A stretch of 64,000 nt of DNA, taken from the NCBI RefSeq assembly GCF_036321535.1, contig NC_087442.1:68882001-68946000 (forward strand), written 5' to 3'. The DNA comes from Camelus dromedarius (Eukaryota). Of the stretch, positions 1 through 15,038 are shown piece by piece. Made by a program: the position numbers and the translations under genes. Below the pieces are notes generated by a model. That model ran no database searches, was not told the DNA's origin, and saw only the letters and a program-made list of their open reading frames with translations. Position 1 is the stretch's first letter. Each line of letters starts with the position of its first letter.

Positions 1-709
1 ATATGTCAGCTGGTGACAAGGGCGTCTGGGTTATTGTGGGCAATCAAAAACTGATGTGTGTTATTACCGTGTCATCAGAGTATCTATTATTAAGGTACGA
101 TAAGAAACTTAACTGTCACAGAACCCATGGTGTTCCCATTTTTCTGACAATCACATTCTCTCCCTCAGCATACTTCTTGGAGCCAGAAAAAGGCAAGGTG
201 GGTTATTATGGAAGCATGTCACGTTGAGGGCATAGATGGATGCATCTGTTTTCATCGTGGGGTTGGGACAGTCTCCCCTTTTCCGGGAAAGCCCAGGAGA
301 AATGTAAATGCTGTGTGCGGCCACGAGTTGGCTTGAGGTCTTTTCTCTTGGTGCCTTCGTGGCTGTTCTCCCTCCTTGCAATGTGCACTTTTTCATGCTC
401 ACTGTGCTAATACTGTCAGGAAGATTCAGTTCAAGCTTTTTTGTTCTGGGAGTTATGTTATATTTTAGAGGTGATTTTGCATCACAATTCCAGGGCACTG
501 TGTTGATTTAATGCTGACTTCATAAGAGAGAGTTTTATTTTCCCAACTTTTCAAATTCTCACTTGGACTCTTATTCTTGCTACCTCATGCTGTCAGTAGT
601 AATGTTATCACCAAGTCTATATTCATCTTGACTATCCAGAAAGTGAGATATTTAAATTCCAGAGCAATACCTCATTATTCTGCAGTTTGCACCCATATGT
701 CTGCCTCAT

Positions 710-1015
710 TCCTTCCTTCCTTCATGCATTTTAGCTTTCAAAAACAGCCTTTATTGACTGCCAAGTGCTCGCTGCTGGGGTTATAAGGCAAAGAAGGTAT
801 AATTCCTCTCTGTGAAGAGAGGAAGGAAACTGAACTTTAAACAAATCATGACAATGTATTTTGAGAATCCACTATAATCATTAAAAGCAGACTGTGTCAG
901 GAATCCAGGAGTGGGCGCTGATAACTGTCTGCAGCTTTAGGGAAGGTTTCAAAGATAAGGTGACATTTGAGATGGGTCATAAATGATGGGAAGGGATTTA
1001 TCAAGTAAGAGTATC
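710..1015 (-). mobile_element. L2 LINE 3' fragment (ancient)
   Basis: Reverse-oriented L2 tail pattern (ttcatgcatt...ttattgactgccaagtgctcgctgctgggg) followed by agggaaggtttc...aggtgacatttgagatggg, typical of the L2 minus strand. Confidence 0.6.
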
Positions 1016-2329
1016 ATGGGATTTCCTGTAAAAAAAAAAAAAATTGGTTTTGCTAGTTCTTGTATCAAATCCTTCCTACAGTCCTCACGCCTGTACGCAA
1101 ACTGCAAACATTCCATACCTGGTATTCCTTGTCTCCTCATTTATATCCCTTTATTTGCACTTGCCACTCTTCAAGCTGTTCTTAGGAAATTCTGTTTGGG
1201 GGAAAATGAGGCATAAGGGCAGCACACACAAAAAGTATGCGATTAGGAGTCTCAAGTGCTTCTAAATGCAACTAAATCCTGTAAGAAAAATCACCAGAGG
1301 TGCTTGTACTAGGCTCAGGATTACATACTTTAAAATAAGATAAGCAGACTGAATTAATAGGTACTGCTTTTCAAGCCACAATTAAATTCTCTTTTGCTTT
1401 CCTTGAAATTAACTATATGAAAAAAGTAAAAATGATTAGTTTTAAAACCTTATAGAAAATTTTACCTTTAATTAATAAAATACCAAATAATATGTTTTTC
1501 TCCTAATATGTGTTTGTGTGGGAGGGAGAAGGAACCTTCAAAAGGAAGGAAAAGAAAATGAAATAAAATGCTGACCACATGTTTATTACTACTATTTTTA
1601 TTATTGTTGCTAATTGAATTTATTTTAATAGCATTTGAAAAGGACTTTAGTAAACTGACATGGACATACACACATGATTAAAATGGCACAAAACAAGAAA
1701 AAAAAGAAAGGAAAATGTGTTCCTAGAACCAACTAAGGAACTAGGAAAAGCTGGTTTCCACATGTGAGCATTAAACTTCGTTTTAAACTTCCCATCAACC
1801 AAGGTTAAAAAGAAATAAGTTTCTATTGACTGATAAAAAGGAGTATGTCAGTTCTTCATCAGAGAAAAACTTTTCCTGGCACTAAATTCGGGGAGGAATT
1901 TATCATGTGTGTCATTATTTGAGACATTGACTAGTATAATGAATAGCGGTTTTGCAGACATGAAGAGTATTCCTCCTGAGATCATTTGTTATGTCACCCA
2001 CAGTAAAAGCTAAGACCACAATACTACACCGTGATCAGGGAAGCAGATTCTGTGAGGAGCCTGCAATAATACTTAGGGAAAAATAAAGAAAAAATTAAAC
2101 CAAGACATTTGGTAGAAAAAGAATTAAATTCCCCAGTGCGATGATGATAGATGATAAAACTGTATGTGTTCTAAATAGTTTCCATTTTCCAAGTAAATGT
2201 TTCAATTATTAATGTGAATTCAAAATTCTAGAAAAGTAAAGAATTTTTATATCTCACTTCATATCTGAGAAAAGGAGAAAGCTGTTTAGCCTAAATCAGC
2301 TAATTATTACTTAATTATTTCTCTTGTAG

Positions 2330-3640
2330 TTGGTCTTCCCGAAACCCACTGAGGTCTGGCTTCTGTGCCCACCTCCGACTCAGTTCTTGTACTCAGTTCC
2401 GTCTAAGAATGGTTTTCATCCCTCTCCTTCAAATAGAACTGGCATTGGTCACGTCGCTCTCCCACACTTGGCTCTCCTCCTTACCAGGTTCTCTCTGGAG
2501 GTCTGTGGCGTTGCTTTTCCGGTCCTTCTCTGTTACTGGTCACATTCTCCTGTTTGGAGTTCTCCTCTTTTGCCTGTTCCTTACTGCCATCCAGAGTTCT
2601 GTCCTTGGCCCACTCTTCTCTTTATATCGACCCTAACGTTAGCCTAGATAAACCCCAATCGTTATCTCTGACATTTGAGCTTTAAACTAATTTACAAACT
2701 AGTTATGTGCACCTAAAATATATACTTAGTAATCTTCTCAAAACCAACAAGTTTGCAGTTGAACTCCCTTCTCTTTCCTCAAGAATATCTGCTTCTCTTC
2801 TTCCCTTGACAGTTTCAGTTAATAGCTCTGTTCATCTGTGCAGTAAGCAACATTTACGATATTGTAATAACAGCATGAGAATTGTAAAATTCCACTTCTC
2901 CATCCTTCTCTTGATCAAACCTTTCATCAGGACTAGCATGCCTCCTTTGTGTTTCCCTCGTGTGATTTCTCTCTCCTTTTTGTAATCTACTGCCATGATT
3001 TAGGGACTTGTCACCTCTGATCTAGCTACAATAGATACCTACCTGGCCTTCCTACCTTCAGGCTTTTTGATAGTCATTACATCCCTCACACTGCAACCAG
3101 GCTCATTGATAGAAAAAGCAAATCTTTTATCTGTGGCTTCCTCCTCTTTAGAGTCCCCTGTGTCTTCTCATCACCCATATCAGAATTACAAGCGTGACTA
3201 CAGAGACACTTTATGATCTGGCCCCTGCTGATTGCTCCTTCCTCTCCCCTTTGCAGTTTACACCCTGTTAATGGCAGAATTGCTCCCATTTCCTGCACTC
3301 ACACATGCTCTCCTATTTTGTGGCTTTGTGCTTTGCTTGAAGCCCTGGCAGGCACTCCTCATCTTTCCTCGCCTGCTCTTACTCGTCATTTAGGCCCCGG
3401 CTCAGGCACCCTCTCCCACAGGAGGCTCCTGTACAAGCCCAGTGGGGCGCAGTGCCTGTCACCTGTGCTGCCTGAGCCATTAGCGTGCGTGTTTGTATTT
3501 TCTTCTGCTCTCACTTTCCCTCGCTAGACTGGGACCTCCTCAAGGGCAGGGATCACATCTGACTCATCTCTTTTCTTACCCATAGCAACTAGTTCAGTAT
3601 CTGGAAATGACTGATAAATACCCATGGAAATAAGTTGAAT
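2330..3640 (+). mobile_element. L2 LINE remnant with reverse-transcriptase motifs through to the 3' end
   Basis: Degenerate RT motifs SGFCAH (cf. SGFRP.H) and QSSVLGPLFSLY (cf. QGSVLGPLLFSLY). atgatctggcccctgc is typical of L2. L2 3' end ctagactgggacctcctcaagggcaggga...gttgaat at ~3525-3640. Probably fragmented. Confidence 0.75.
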
Positions 3641-4199
3641 TAAGATTATCACAATAGTATTGTTTTCCCTTCCATTAAATACACACCTCAGTGTAACCAA
3701 ATGAGAGGAATGTAAGTTGGACACGTGCATTATAGTCTCTATTAACTGTCTCTGAAGAAGAAATTTAACTTTTCTTCCCCAGATGATAGGAACAGTAAAC
3801 ACTCTCCAGAAACCTTAACTTCAACCAGATTCTTCTGCCTCATGCCAACTGCATTCAACATCGGAACCATATAATTGACTTTTATCCCAGACGCGTACTT
3901 CAAAAACTAGCATGGGAGGGATATGACTATCTTTTATTTAATGAAGTAATAATTTGATAGTAGGACTATCATAGATATTTTCAAATCTTTTAATGACGAT
4001 ATTACATAATCTTTTTTTACATTTTATTCTCTAGCTGAAATTACAGTTTTACATGGAGCAGTATGAATCATTAAATTTTTATTCCTAACTAAAATAATTA
4101 AATATCGCTAATATTTTAAGTGATAAATTTCACGCTATGCCTTGGAAATACACTTTAGAATATAGTATTTTCAGCACTACAAGGAACCAAAGGTGGAAT

Positions 4200-4340
4200 A
4201 TATCTCATCCAGCTAACTCATTTATTGAGGAGGATATTGAGGCCCCAAGAAATTGATCATCTAGTAACGCCTAAGTGGTTAGTGCCCAAGCTGGAAAAAG
4301 GACTCAGGTTGGGTTTTTCTCATCACGCTATTCTGCCTTC
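4200..4340 (-). mobile_element. MIR SINE fragment
   Basis: ttattgaggaggatattgaggccccaagaaattgatcatctagtaacgcctaagtggttagtgcccaagctgg resembles the MIR core (gatgaggaaactgaggctcagagaggttaagtgacttgcccaagg). Confidence 0.55.
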
Positions 4341-5199
4341 TTACATGGTGATTAAAAACGTAACTGCTGTATTTGGGTCAAACTTGAACCTGCACACAGT
4401 TTCCCCCAGCACACGCACTCCCTTCACTATAAGGAGTGGTTAAATAATGGAATCTTTTTGTTGTCCTTCCTGCTTGGACCTACTGAGGAATGTGGAAGGC
4501 TCATCTCTAAAATTAAAAGAATCAGTAAGGAAGTGTTACAGAGCATTCATCTCTGCTTTGCAGTTTCATTCTACATTCTTTCTAGGTGTATATAATACAA
4601 TGAAGTTCTGAAAAGTGGTGTTTCATCTCCAGTAAACATGACATAAAACACTCAGAGGTAAAATAAATTTAAAATGCAAATATTAGTCACAAAGAAAATA
4701 ATGTCTTATATTTAAAATTGAATCAAGGTGTGTAGACCACTAGCCCATTAGTTGTAAAACAACACACTATTTAGAGGTTGAACATTATTTTTAGAGCATT
4801 AAGTATACATAGTATCTATTGCTTGTAATGAGACTCAGGTGATAGTATTTACCTTTAGACTCATTTAAAAGGCACTCATCAGAAACCTGCAGTTTTCTAT
4901 ACCCTACGAGTCTGATTTCTGAAATAGCCTTTATCTCTTTTTCCAAGACTGAAATCCGAGAGTAGTAATTCTTCAGAATAAGGATATGGGTCGAAGCCAA
5001 CTGTCCCACTTGTACTTGAGATGCCAGAAATCACACATGAGTTTGTATCATTCGAGAAAGAAGAAAAATATTTTATTACACATGATTGAAAACTACCTCA
5101 GCCTAGGTGAATAGTTTTTTAAATGGGAATAATTATCTTTTGTCTATGGTTTAAAGTTTATACTAGAATGGCATCTAGGAGATCGTTGGTGCGTATTTC

Positions 5200-5340
5200 T
5201 AAAAGGCTAGTCTTACATTGCCTCCCCAACTCAAATGCAAATCCTTCATGGCAGGGAATGTGTTCATTTGTCTTTGATTTTTTTCAATTTTAGCACAGAG
5301 GGCCTGACACAGAAGTCTAATTAATCTTTGTTGAATTGCA
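5200..5340 (+). mobile_element. L2 3' end fragment
   Basis: ccttcatggcagggaatgtgttc...tagcacagagggcctgacacagaagtctaattaatctttgttgaattg matches the L2 terminus. Confidence 0.6.
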
Positions 5341-8300
5341 ATCAGGTTATATATGTGTGCATATGGGTGTAAATATACATAAGCGTGTATACACAGGTGT
5401 GCATATGTACATACATGCATGGATATATAAAATGCGTAAGACTAAAATGCATTAAATCTTGGGAGAAAGGGGGTTCACGTAACTTCAAACTCCTCACTGT
5501 CACACAGTTTTATGGCCCCCTGTACATACAGTCTTACTCTCTCACAGCAGTACTTCTTCAGTGCAGAGCAGTTAAAGGGAAACCTCCCTCCCCCACCTTC
5601 AGCCCCACCAGCCTCCTGGGAAAAGGGTGACACATTTTCCCCACACCTACTTACACAGGAAGAAGACTTACCTCTTAAACGTTGTAACACCTGATATTTA
5701 GCTTATGGGTCAAAGAACTGGGCAAGACGAAAGCCATTTATGTCAAAACTATACCTAATGAAATTATATTATTTCAGGATATTTCATCACCCTACTGCAA
5801 AATACTTTTCTGTGTAGCCCAAACTAGACCATAGTCTGTAGTTAAAAATAATGTTTAAACCACTGTATTTTTCTTTACTCTTTTTTTCTTTTTAAAATAA
5901 GCAAATAAGTCATTGACTAGTTTCTTGAATTCTAGGGTTTGTTTTTCAAACAATCTTCATGACATCAGGAATGCATACAACTTTGGGGGTCAGTTTTTGA
6001 CAGAATGGGCAGAGTCCTTCTGAAAACTTAGATTTCTTTCAACTCCTGTTTTTGCTGTTCATCTGAAAATAACAGTTTGGGCAGCCAGCTTTGTCTTGTG
6101 CTGCCAACCCCATCCTGCATCTCCCAGGAACCATGACAATCGTCAGGAAGTCATTGACTTACATTTATTGAGGAGCCATTGTGGTAAAGGAATTGCACTA
6201 GGAACTTCACAGGAAGTAGTCCATAGGACCCTGGCCATTGAAGATGCCCTGTAATTAAAGCACAGTTGAAGACAAATACATTCATGGTATGTGCACTTTC
6301 CTGACAGAATGAATGCATATAAACATGCCCAAAACAAAATACATATGTGTAGAGATTTAGCTCATAATGCATAAGGAGTGTTGGGATGACTACAGTGAAA
6401 ATAATTTATTTTGCAAGACTTTGTAGTGAATTGAATATAAAGAGGGTAATAACCAAATTAGAGGTACAATGAACTAAGGAAGGAGGCACTTACTCTAATA
6501 TTATTTTGCATCATATAGGAAAAGATACCTTACTCATAATTTTCACAGTAACCAGCCACTCATTTTTACAGTGGAGAGAAAGGACTGTGGAAAGTATCTC
6601 AAAGCCCATATAATGAAAACACACACACAAAAATAGAAAAGTGACAACACTTAGGGAAAACCTTTAAAGTCATCTTATTTTGCATAATGAAATTCACCCA
6701 AGTAAAACTGCTGGTTTATTTCTCTTTCTTTTCTAATACTTTTTAAAATATAAATGTATTGTGGAAATGTTAACATTTAAATAAATCCGAATTGGAGGAA
6801 GGCTACAGTGTCAATCAGGTAATTTTTATGAAATTATTCTGCGGTTGTAAGAGGCAAAGGAAACATGATCTAGCTGCTGGGGTGGCAAACAGCCTGCCAC
6901 TGTTAAGATAGCTGAAGTGCCACATCCTGCATCTTGTTAAATGTAACTCAATAGTCTCTATTTCAGCAGAAGGGTCTTTATTTTCATCCTGGCACTCCAG
7001 TCTTAAAACAGACTAAAGCTTCAGTTTGTTTAAAGCTACAATATGATTATTACTATAAAACAATTAGTGACATTTGAACCACTTTCTGATAGACTCAATT
7101 TAGTGGGAGTCTAAGCGGCTTTCTACATTTATTGAATACACATTTGAAAATGCTGTAAAATACATTTGAGACACAGCATTTTTTTGAGGGAGTACAACTG
7201 GACAGATTTTTAAAATTCCATATAGGTTTATAAAATTCGAGTCCTTCTTTAAAATCTGCTTAACATATCCCACTACTTATGGCCAATAAATCTAGAAAGT
7301 TTTGCCGTGGATTGATACTTACGCAGAAATAGAAATGTAATTCTACTTAGGTTGTGGCAATTGTATTTTCATACTTTGTAATGTTTTAACTTCTGGCAGT
7401 TATAATGAAAAATAAATATGAAAATGGACTTCTTTTGTAATTTAGCATATCCATAACAGTTTGGTGAATCTAAAAGATAGTTTGTGGGTATCCATTTGTA
7501 GAGTTGAGAAACTGTTCAAAGATAGCTGAATATTAATCGTTGTCCTGTTTTTGCGGGTGTGTTTTAACAGAGAAGGTAAAGGGAAAATGTTCCTGTTGAA
7601 ACTATTATAGTAAAACATTCCACTAGAATGGAAAATTAACTTATTTACCAGCCAATCAAGATTCCCTCGTGTTCTGAAAACAGCATGAAACAGGACTTGG
7701 ACAGTTAAAATACTAAAGAGTGCTGCTGACCTGGAATGACTTGGAATATAAATAGTAGCAGGAGATATTCCCATAATAGTTGTACAGGTGTTTCACCTGT
7801 TGACCTAAAGTTCTCTGCTTCCTAAAGTTAAGTATGACACTTCTCTGGGAAAATAATTTGCTCTGAAACGTAAATACTGATTGACGACGCTTGCAACTTA
7901 GGTTATTAAAAACCACTTGCATGTTGAGGATTTAGTGCTAGTAATGGGTCCTCTACTAAGTTAAGGCTTGATTTACCGTAAAAGATTCAGTTCTTTCTAT
8001 ACTGTGTAAGCTGTGAAAGGTGGAGGATCTCAAATCCACATCTGGCCAAGTGAGTCAGCAGCCATTTGTTAAGAGGTGAAGTGCTCTCCTTCAATTTGCA
8101 GCTGCCTGCAGTTGCAGGGCTGATGAGCGAAGGCATCCTCATGCTTGTTCATTGAAAGCAGGATTTCTCTGCTTTCATATTTGAATTTGAGTATCTCATT
8201 CTTCGTGGCCAGACCTGCTGCACTGGATGTGTAAATTTGGGGCATTTAAAAGTCTAACATGTAACACTTAAAGGACAACTTTTCAACATACAAAAGTACG

Positions 8301-8341
8301 GGCAGCCTATGTTCTCCTTCCTTCTTTTTCATCTGACATTT

Positions 8342-8610
8342 GCAGTGATTCTCAAAGGGTTGTCTGTTCTGTCTCCAAGAGGGCATTTTAGAATCACTGG
8401 GTTTTTTTCTCAGCAATAGCTCCATGATACCCTGGTGCCCCATATTCAATTCTGATACCACAGATTTGATCAAACTCTGGGACTGCCGAGTCTTATTCCA
8501 TGCTGTATGGAGGTGGAGACTCTGCCTAGGAACACTGCCTCCCAGGACATCCTTGTATTGCACAATGTCAGATATGATAAGTGATCTGATCCTAACAACT
8601 GTTGGGAAAT
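8342..8610. mobile_element. hAT-Charlie MITE remnant, MER20-like
   Basis: Starts cagtgattctcaaa (hAT TIR-like). Contains ccaagagggcatttt and ggacatccttgtattgcacaatg, resembling MER20. Highly diverged. Confidence 0.4.
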
Positions 8611-9194
8611 AGGGGGATGACCAATTTCATTTCTAGCCAAAGAAACTACAATTTCAATTATATTGCTACAAATTGTGATCTTGTAATTTAGGCCCAAGTG
8701 TCCTATCTCCTATAATATTCACATTTTCACAATTGTGGTAGCTTTCTTCCTGGAAGTTTTATAAGCACCATTCAATTTTTAAAATATAAAAATGAGAACT
8801 TATTGCCATTTGAAAACACTATAGAATGCTCATTTTGATTAATGTCTGTATTAGCAACATACTATAATAGTTTGCAGGTTATGGGAAATCTGAAGAGAGG
8901 TCTTTAATCGGAAAAGAAATACATAATTGAATAAAAAATAATAATAACCAAACAATAAAATTTCCCATGCTTTAAAGAAGAGACCAAACATATATTATCT
9001 TATGGACTATGATATGGTTACTTTAGCAGTATTTTAAATGAACAAATTAGAACTCTGTCGATACATGTTTAATATAAGAGAATGAAAAACTAGTATAATT
9101 TTATCTGCAGAGAAATCATATCTACCAAACTATTTATTAAAATTGTGAGACTTCAGGGGCTATCTAACATATATTTCCCCTGACTCTTTAATTA

Positions 9195-9320
9195 ATTAAT
9201 TAATTCATTCATTAAGTAATAAGTTAAACTTTACCCTGTGCCAGAGGTTATGCTGAGCACTGAAAATAAAATAATGAGAAAAAGTTTCTGTTCTCTTTGA
9301 GATTAGGGTCTATTGAGGAA
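9195..9320 (-). mobile_element. L2 3' end fragment
   Basis: attcattcatt...ccctgtgccagaggttatgctgagcactgaaaataaa, a reversed L2 tail. Confidence 0.5.
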
Positions 9321-11416
9321 ACTTATTATAATATAAAGTAATGAGAGCTAAAATAGTTACATACACCTAGCACCATAGAGTCGTGGGGAAGAGAGCTCCC
9401 AGAACACTCACAAAACATGGTGAATAATTGTGCAATTCTTTCTGTTTTTAAGCAACCTCATATCCGGAGTCCCTAATGCAAAATCTTGATATAGAAAGAT
9501 TAGCTTTAGGGAAATACAATAGCCTATAATCATGAGTAATCCAACAAAATATGTAGACAATCTGTCATCAGGGAAGGTCTTCCACAATAGCAGAGAAGAT
9601 ATTACCAGCAGGAATGAAAACAGATACAGGATTTGATGGAAAAAAATAGCAGTAGAGATATAAATTAATAAATAAATAAATACATCCATCTCTCTAGGTC
9701 AAAATAGATACAGAAAGCTTTGTAGGTGCTTTTTATGTTGTGGTAGAAAATTTAAGAAAAAGGTACATTGGCATTGGTTATCAGGAATATACGTCACTAA
9801 TTCTCAAAAAAACTTATAATTTGTTTTACAAGTCACAAGGATTGACACCTAGGCAATTCTCAAAATCTTGTTGAATAAATGGGTAAATATAAAAGAAGCA
9901 ATGCGAGAAATAGGGTAAGTAAAATGCTTTCAAAGCTGACTGGATTTGAGAATAAAGAAAGTGTATGCATATCTAAAATTGCATCTCTGGAACCATATTA
10001 GGCATGTTGGGCTATACACAGTGGCCAACACCTACAAACTCATGTTGACGGCCCCCAAAATAGATGACCACATTTAGCTTGATTCACTCAAATATAGTTC
10101 TTTCTCTAATTGTTTTTATTTTGGTTTAACAGAATTGAAATGGGTTTCACAGCATTATTAAATCTGCAGTAATTATTTAATATGTCAAAACAAGACCACC
10201 AAACTATCCGATTCCATCAAAAAATCAAATGTTTATTTCTTCAAAGTTCCACAATGAGGAATACACTCGCTTAAAATTTGAAGTTCAAAAAATTAACTGG
10301 TGGGCTTTTTCCTATGTATCATCAATACATTATTACAGTTAATTGCTAAACTTTGAAATAATAGAGTTAAAAACTGTGTGAGAACATGATTTGTTATAGT
10401 GGACATTAATTATTTTTATGCCTCAAAGGGTGTTTTATAAGATTCTGTCTGTTAGATACCTGGGGGCCTTTCAAATGCTTTGAGTTACCAAAGTTATATG
10501 TCAACTTTGAAAAAACAACGAAGAGACTAACCACATTGCTACTTAAGTCTTCAAGTCAAACCATTTACAGTTTGGATCTAAGAATATTCAAGGCTGGACA
10601 TATTGAATGTTATTTTCTTCTATTTCTTCTATAGGCATGAGAAAATGAATTTATGTTGACTGATTTTCAAAGAGATTTATTCTTTGGATATGCCCTGAGG
10701 AAAAATGGGGAAGACTTGAATTTTCTTCATAAATCACATGTAAATAATAACTGTTAACTAATAAACAAGGCATTTCCTAATCTCTCCTGTAAGGTGACAG
10801 CTGCTCCTGTACGCAAGGCAGTGAGATGGAACCTTGCATACAATTCTAACACCACAAACAGAAAAACATGGGGGTGCCTAGACTAACCAAATGATATTTA
10901 ACACTGGAGACAATAAAGAACAGGGAAGAAAATAAAGTCTTTCCTTCCGAACTCTTGCAACTTGGAGAAATCTGTGCCCATGAAAAGCAGAATGTAGTGG
11001 AGTTTTTGAGTCACCATCCGCCTAACAGTTGATTTTGCCATTATAATAAACCCTTTCAAGGAGCTTTAATTCTAGCCTGCAGCATTTCTGTTCCCTATCG
11101 TTATCAGTTTCAAATTCTTTAAAAACATTTGTTTAAAAAAAAAGAAACGAGAAGAAAAGAAAAAAGGCTGCTGCTTAGAACACAGAGATTTTAGTAAACT
11201 TGCATCTGAGATGCAGCATTCTTTTCAGTGGTAACAAAGGGAAACTATATGCTTCTGTTTTGCCTGAGTCAGACGTAAAGTAATCCTTTAACTGATAGTG
11301 CCTCATTTCTTCACTTTGTTTGTTTAGTATAGATCTGCTTATTTATTTATTCAGTGAGAAGGTGTGTGCGATAGCTTTACTGAAAGTAAATAACTAATAA
11401 CTTCATATCCTGAAAC

Positions 11417-11556
11417 NNNNNNNNNNNNNNNNNNNNNNNNNNNNNNNNNNNNNNNNNNNNNNNNNNNNNNNNNNNNNNNNNNNNNNNNNNNNNNNNNNNN
11501 NNNNNNNNNNNNNNNNNNNNNNNNNNNNNNNNNNNNNNNNNNNNNNNNNNNNNNNN
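11417..11556. other. N-run, 140 nt
   Basis: Undetermined bases. Confidence 1.
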
Positions 11557-14500
11557 GGTGGAGACACTCTCACTTAAAAACAAAACAAAACAAAACAACA
11601 AAACCCAAACAGGTATTTTGACATCTTCAATGTTTTATTATTTCAATATATTAATATTCAGGAAGACTGCATTCATTTATCAGGTAATCTAATAAAGAAG
11701 CTGTCGTGATTGCATTCCCCTTAAGTAGATGGAAAAGGAAGTATCTCATGTTTAAAACATTTAGAAATGTGGGCAAATATGATGGATTCAGGATGTCAAA
11801 AGAAAAGAGACTGTGGAAATGATGAATCTTGTTCCTATAACTGGATTTTAGCCAATTTTGGCTACATAGACACTAAACAAAAACAAAATTTTATGCATCC
11901 CTTTTTCGTCACTCTCTTTCCTTCCCCACACAAATTAATAAAACTCACCTGCTTACCCTTCGAATCAAATTCTTAAGGAAAAGGGAAGCTACCACCTCAC
12001 ATAACCACTAAAGAACTTCCCCTGTAATTTCCAATACCCTTGAGTTGTTTAAGTTTTTCTTAAAATCTAAAGCCACAAATGATGTGACTGGCCAGTTTCT
12101 GGACTCCTTCTGCATTGATTTAACATCTCTTATGTTAATTCATTTGAAAAACAAGGAGTGGTTTATCTTGAGTCTCTATTTACCTTAAATATCATGAACA
12201 CTGATGTCACAAGAGAGAACATAAAACTATTTGTTTCAAACTGTTAGACATTCAGTTCCGAGGAGGGACTAGCTTATTTTACTGAGATTTCTATTCATGG
12301 TGGGCGGGAGGGGAAGGGAGGAGTTAATGCCTCCCTAGAGATGGAACTCCCTTTGCCTTTTACCAGTCCCTCCTCTCAACTCATGCTTTCACATGTTGCT
12401 TACACTAAAAGCATTCACAAGGGTCAGATTATAAAAAGTTTAACTTAATTTCTCAAACATTGCTTTTAACCTGCCACCCCCAGTTCTCAGCGACAACCAC
12501 AGTAGTTCTTAAATAACTATCATTTTTTTTGACTAGAATGAATAATAACTCAACTACTCAGTTTTCCCAATTAATAGGATGTCTTCTGATCTTCTAAAGC
12601 ATGTTTTCACCCACACAATTCTTTTTTAGAAAAAAATAAAAGGTTCAAATTCCCTGTACCAGAAAAACCCTCATTAAAGATGCATCTCCATCATGAGATG
12701 TCAGAGAAAGGGCAAATGTTCTACTCTGATATTTGCTGTAATTCTGTTGATCATAGGTCTTCCTCATATACTAATGAAGCATTCCCTTGAAGGAAAAAAG
12801 ATAGGACACAGCAGATGTAATATAGGTTTTTTTTTTTAACATGACGTAGTTGAATAACACCTTGGGAAGGGTATGGAAATTTGTGTTTGTTTTTAGTATT
12901 AGTTTCCTTCTTGGTGTTGTTTCTCAGGAGAACTGGTTAACCAACTCATTTTGAAATTGTTAACTCAATAATGTCTCTTAAAGAGGTCATCTGCTTCTGT
13001 TGGTGGCACACACTTTGGAAGTGTCTGACCACAATAAAATGGGGCTGGAATGGGATTGCGGGGAGAGTCAGGTGTGTTTAATAAAGTGCACCATAGCATC
13101 AGGTACCTTTAATCCACTAAATCTTTTAAATACATTGAGACTGTATTTCTCCTTATGTCCTTTAATGCACAAATATAGTGAGAGCATTCACCTGCCACTC
13201 CCAGAAAGTCTCAGGGTATCTATAACCTGGGGATCCCACATACTAGAAAAACGTCTGCTTTTAAATTGCAATGTTTGTTGCCATCCCAGTTTGTTTCATG
13301 ATAAATAACAAAGTATAGAAAGTGGACATTCAAAAATATACACATTGGTTTTATCCAGTACGTGAAAAGATCAAAAATACATGTTAAAGCAGTTCTCCAT
13401 TGGAAATGTATCTTCTATGACCATCTGGGTCTTTACTGAAAAACAAGAGTTAACCAACCTGTTGTGAAGTTGGAAGAGTTGTCTCCCTAGAAAATCAAGC
13501 ACACTGCCTCTCAGAGTTTTATGCTTGGAAGTCATTGTAATCCATCTCCACATGGAGTGGGGTGAGATTAAATTCTGCTGATTTATTTGACGGAAATGCA
13601 TACAACAGCATGATCATCCATCGTATTAAATACCTGCTCAAATTTGACTCTGCAGTAGGACTTAATCACATCTGAAAACTTGAAATTTAAGAAGATATTA
13701 GGAACTCAGTTGCAAGTAGAGTTAATTATAGCATATGATGTAGATTGTGGGTTACAAAATAATTGAAAATGGAGATGCTGCTTTAAGAAGAAACAAAATA
13801 AGATTTGTCACTGGTACCTTAAATAAAATGCAACTTTAAAAGGTCAATATACTATTTCTGTTGATAGAACAGTAGAAATATAATATTCCAAATACTTTGG
13901 TAAGTATTTTTCAAGCATGTGGTTTCTTCCTTCCTTCCTTCCTCCCTCTTTTTTCCTTTCTTACCAAGAATTTTAAAAAATCTATATGTGGTTGCATTTT
14001 TTTATTTTATAATTGAATCAGTCTAGAACAGTTACGCTTACCTACAGAATTTCCTATTCTCACATTTTTTAAGTTTAAGAGGTCTACAGATAAGTAAATG
14101 TAGATGTGAATTCACTAACCTTTCAAATATTTGAAAAAACCCAAAAGATAAAAATTTTGGATGGTAAGAAAAATATCAAATGTAAATAAATATATCAAGG
14201 TTTTTTTAAAAAAAATTGTGTGTGTATAAACATGGGGATGTCTGTGCTACCAAATTCCAGGCTTCAACTTTAAGTTATTTATTTTAGAAAAAGGAAATAA
14301 TTCTGTCCTGATTTTGTGGTTCAACATCCAGATTGAATGTCTTTCCTCTCTATGGAGTCAATTCTGACCCTCTTTTATCTGAATTGTACCTACAACCTTT
14401 TATTTTTCCTGGAAGACATCAGAGTGTTTCAGGATTAGACATTATGCAAGAGAAATGGATATATTTCTAAATTTGCTTATCCTTTTTAGTTTTGACAAAT

Positions 14501-15001
14501 ATAAACTTGCTCTCCTCTTGGTAACAAGAGCTAGAGAAAAATAAACATTTTAAGACATTAAAAATATATGTTAATGAAAATGGCACAACTATTTAAAGTA
14601 TTTAAACTAATCATATGTGATATTTCAATGGGATAATTCATTAGTCCAATCTTCTAAATAATCCCAGAATGACATGAATTCCTCTGCAGAATGAATGTCT
14701 ATAGAGAGTAATCCATGGAAGACAGACAAGCCTCTTGTCATTTGCAGCCTTAATCCATTGCCTGGAGCGTGAAAAGTGCTCAGGATAACAAGTGTGGGAA
14801 TCAGTAAAACCAACATTATTTTTGGATTTTATTTTCTTAACAATACTGACTGATCAATAGGCTTGCGGAAACTGACAAATACAATACGGTCTGTTTGATG
14901 AGTCAATCTAGTGAAGTAGAGAGAGAATTCCTCCTCCCCTTCCCCCACTCTCCCCCTTTAAATCCTCTTCATTCTCTTCCTCCTCCTCCACGTACACTCA
15001 A

Positions 15002-15038
15002 ACACACACAAACACACACACACACACACACACACACA
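15002..15038. repeat. (CA)n microsatellite ~1.45 kb upstream of the SEMA3A TSS
   Basis: (AC)n with one interruption, followed by a short (AG)n. Confidence 0.95.
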
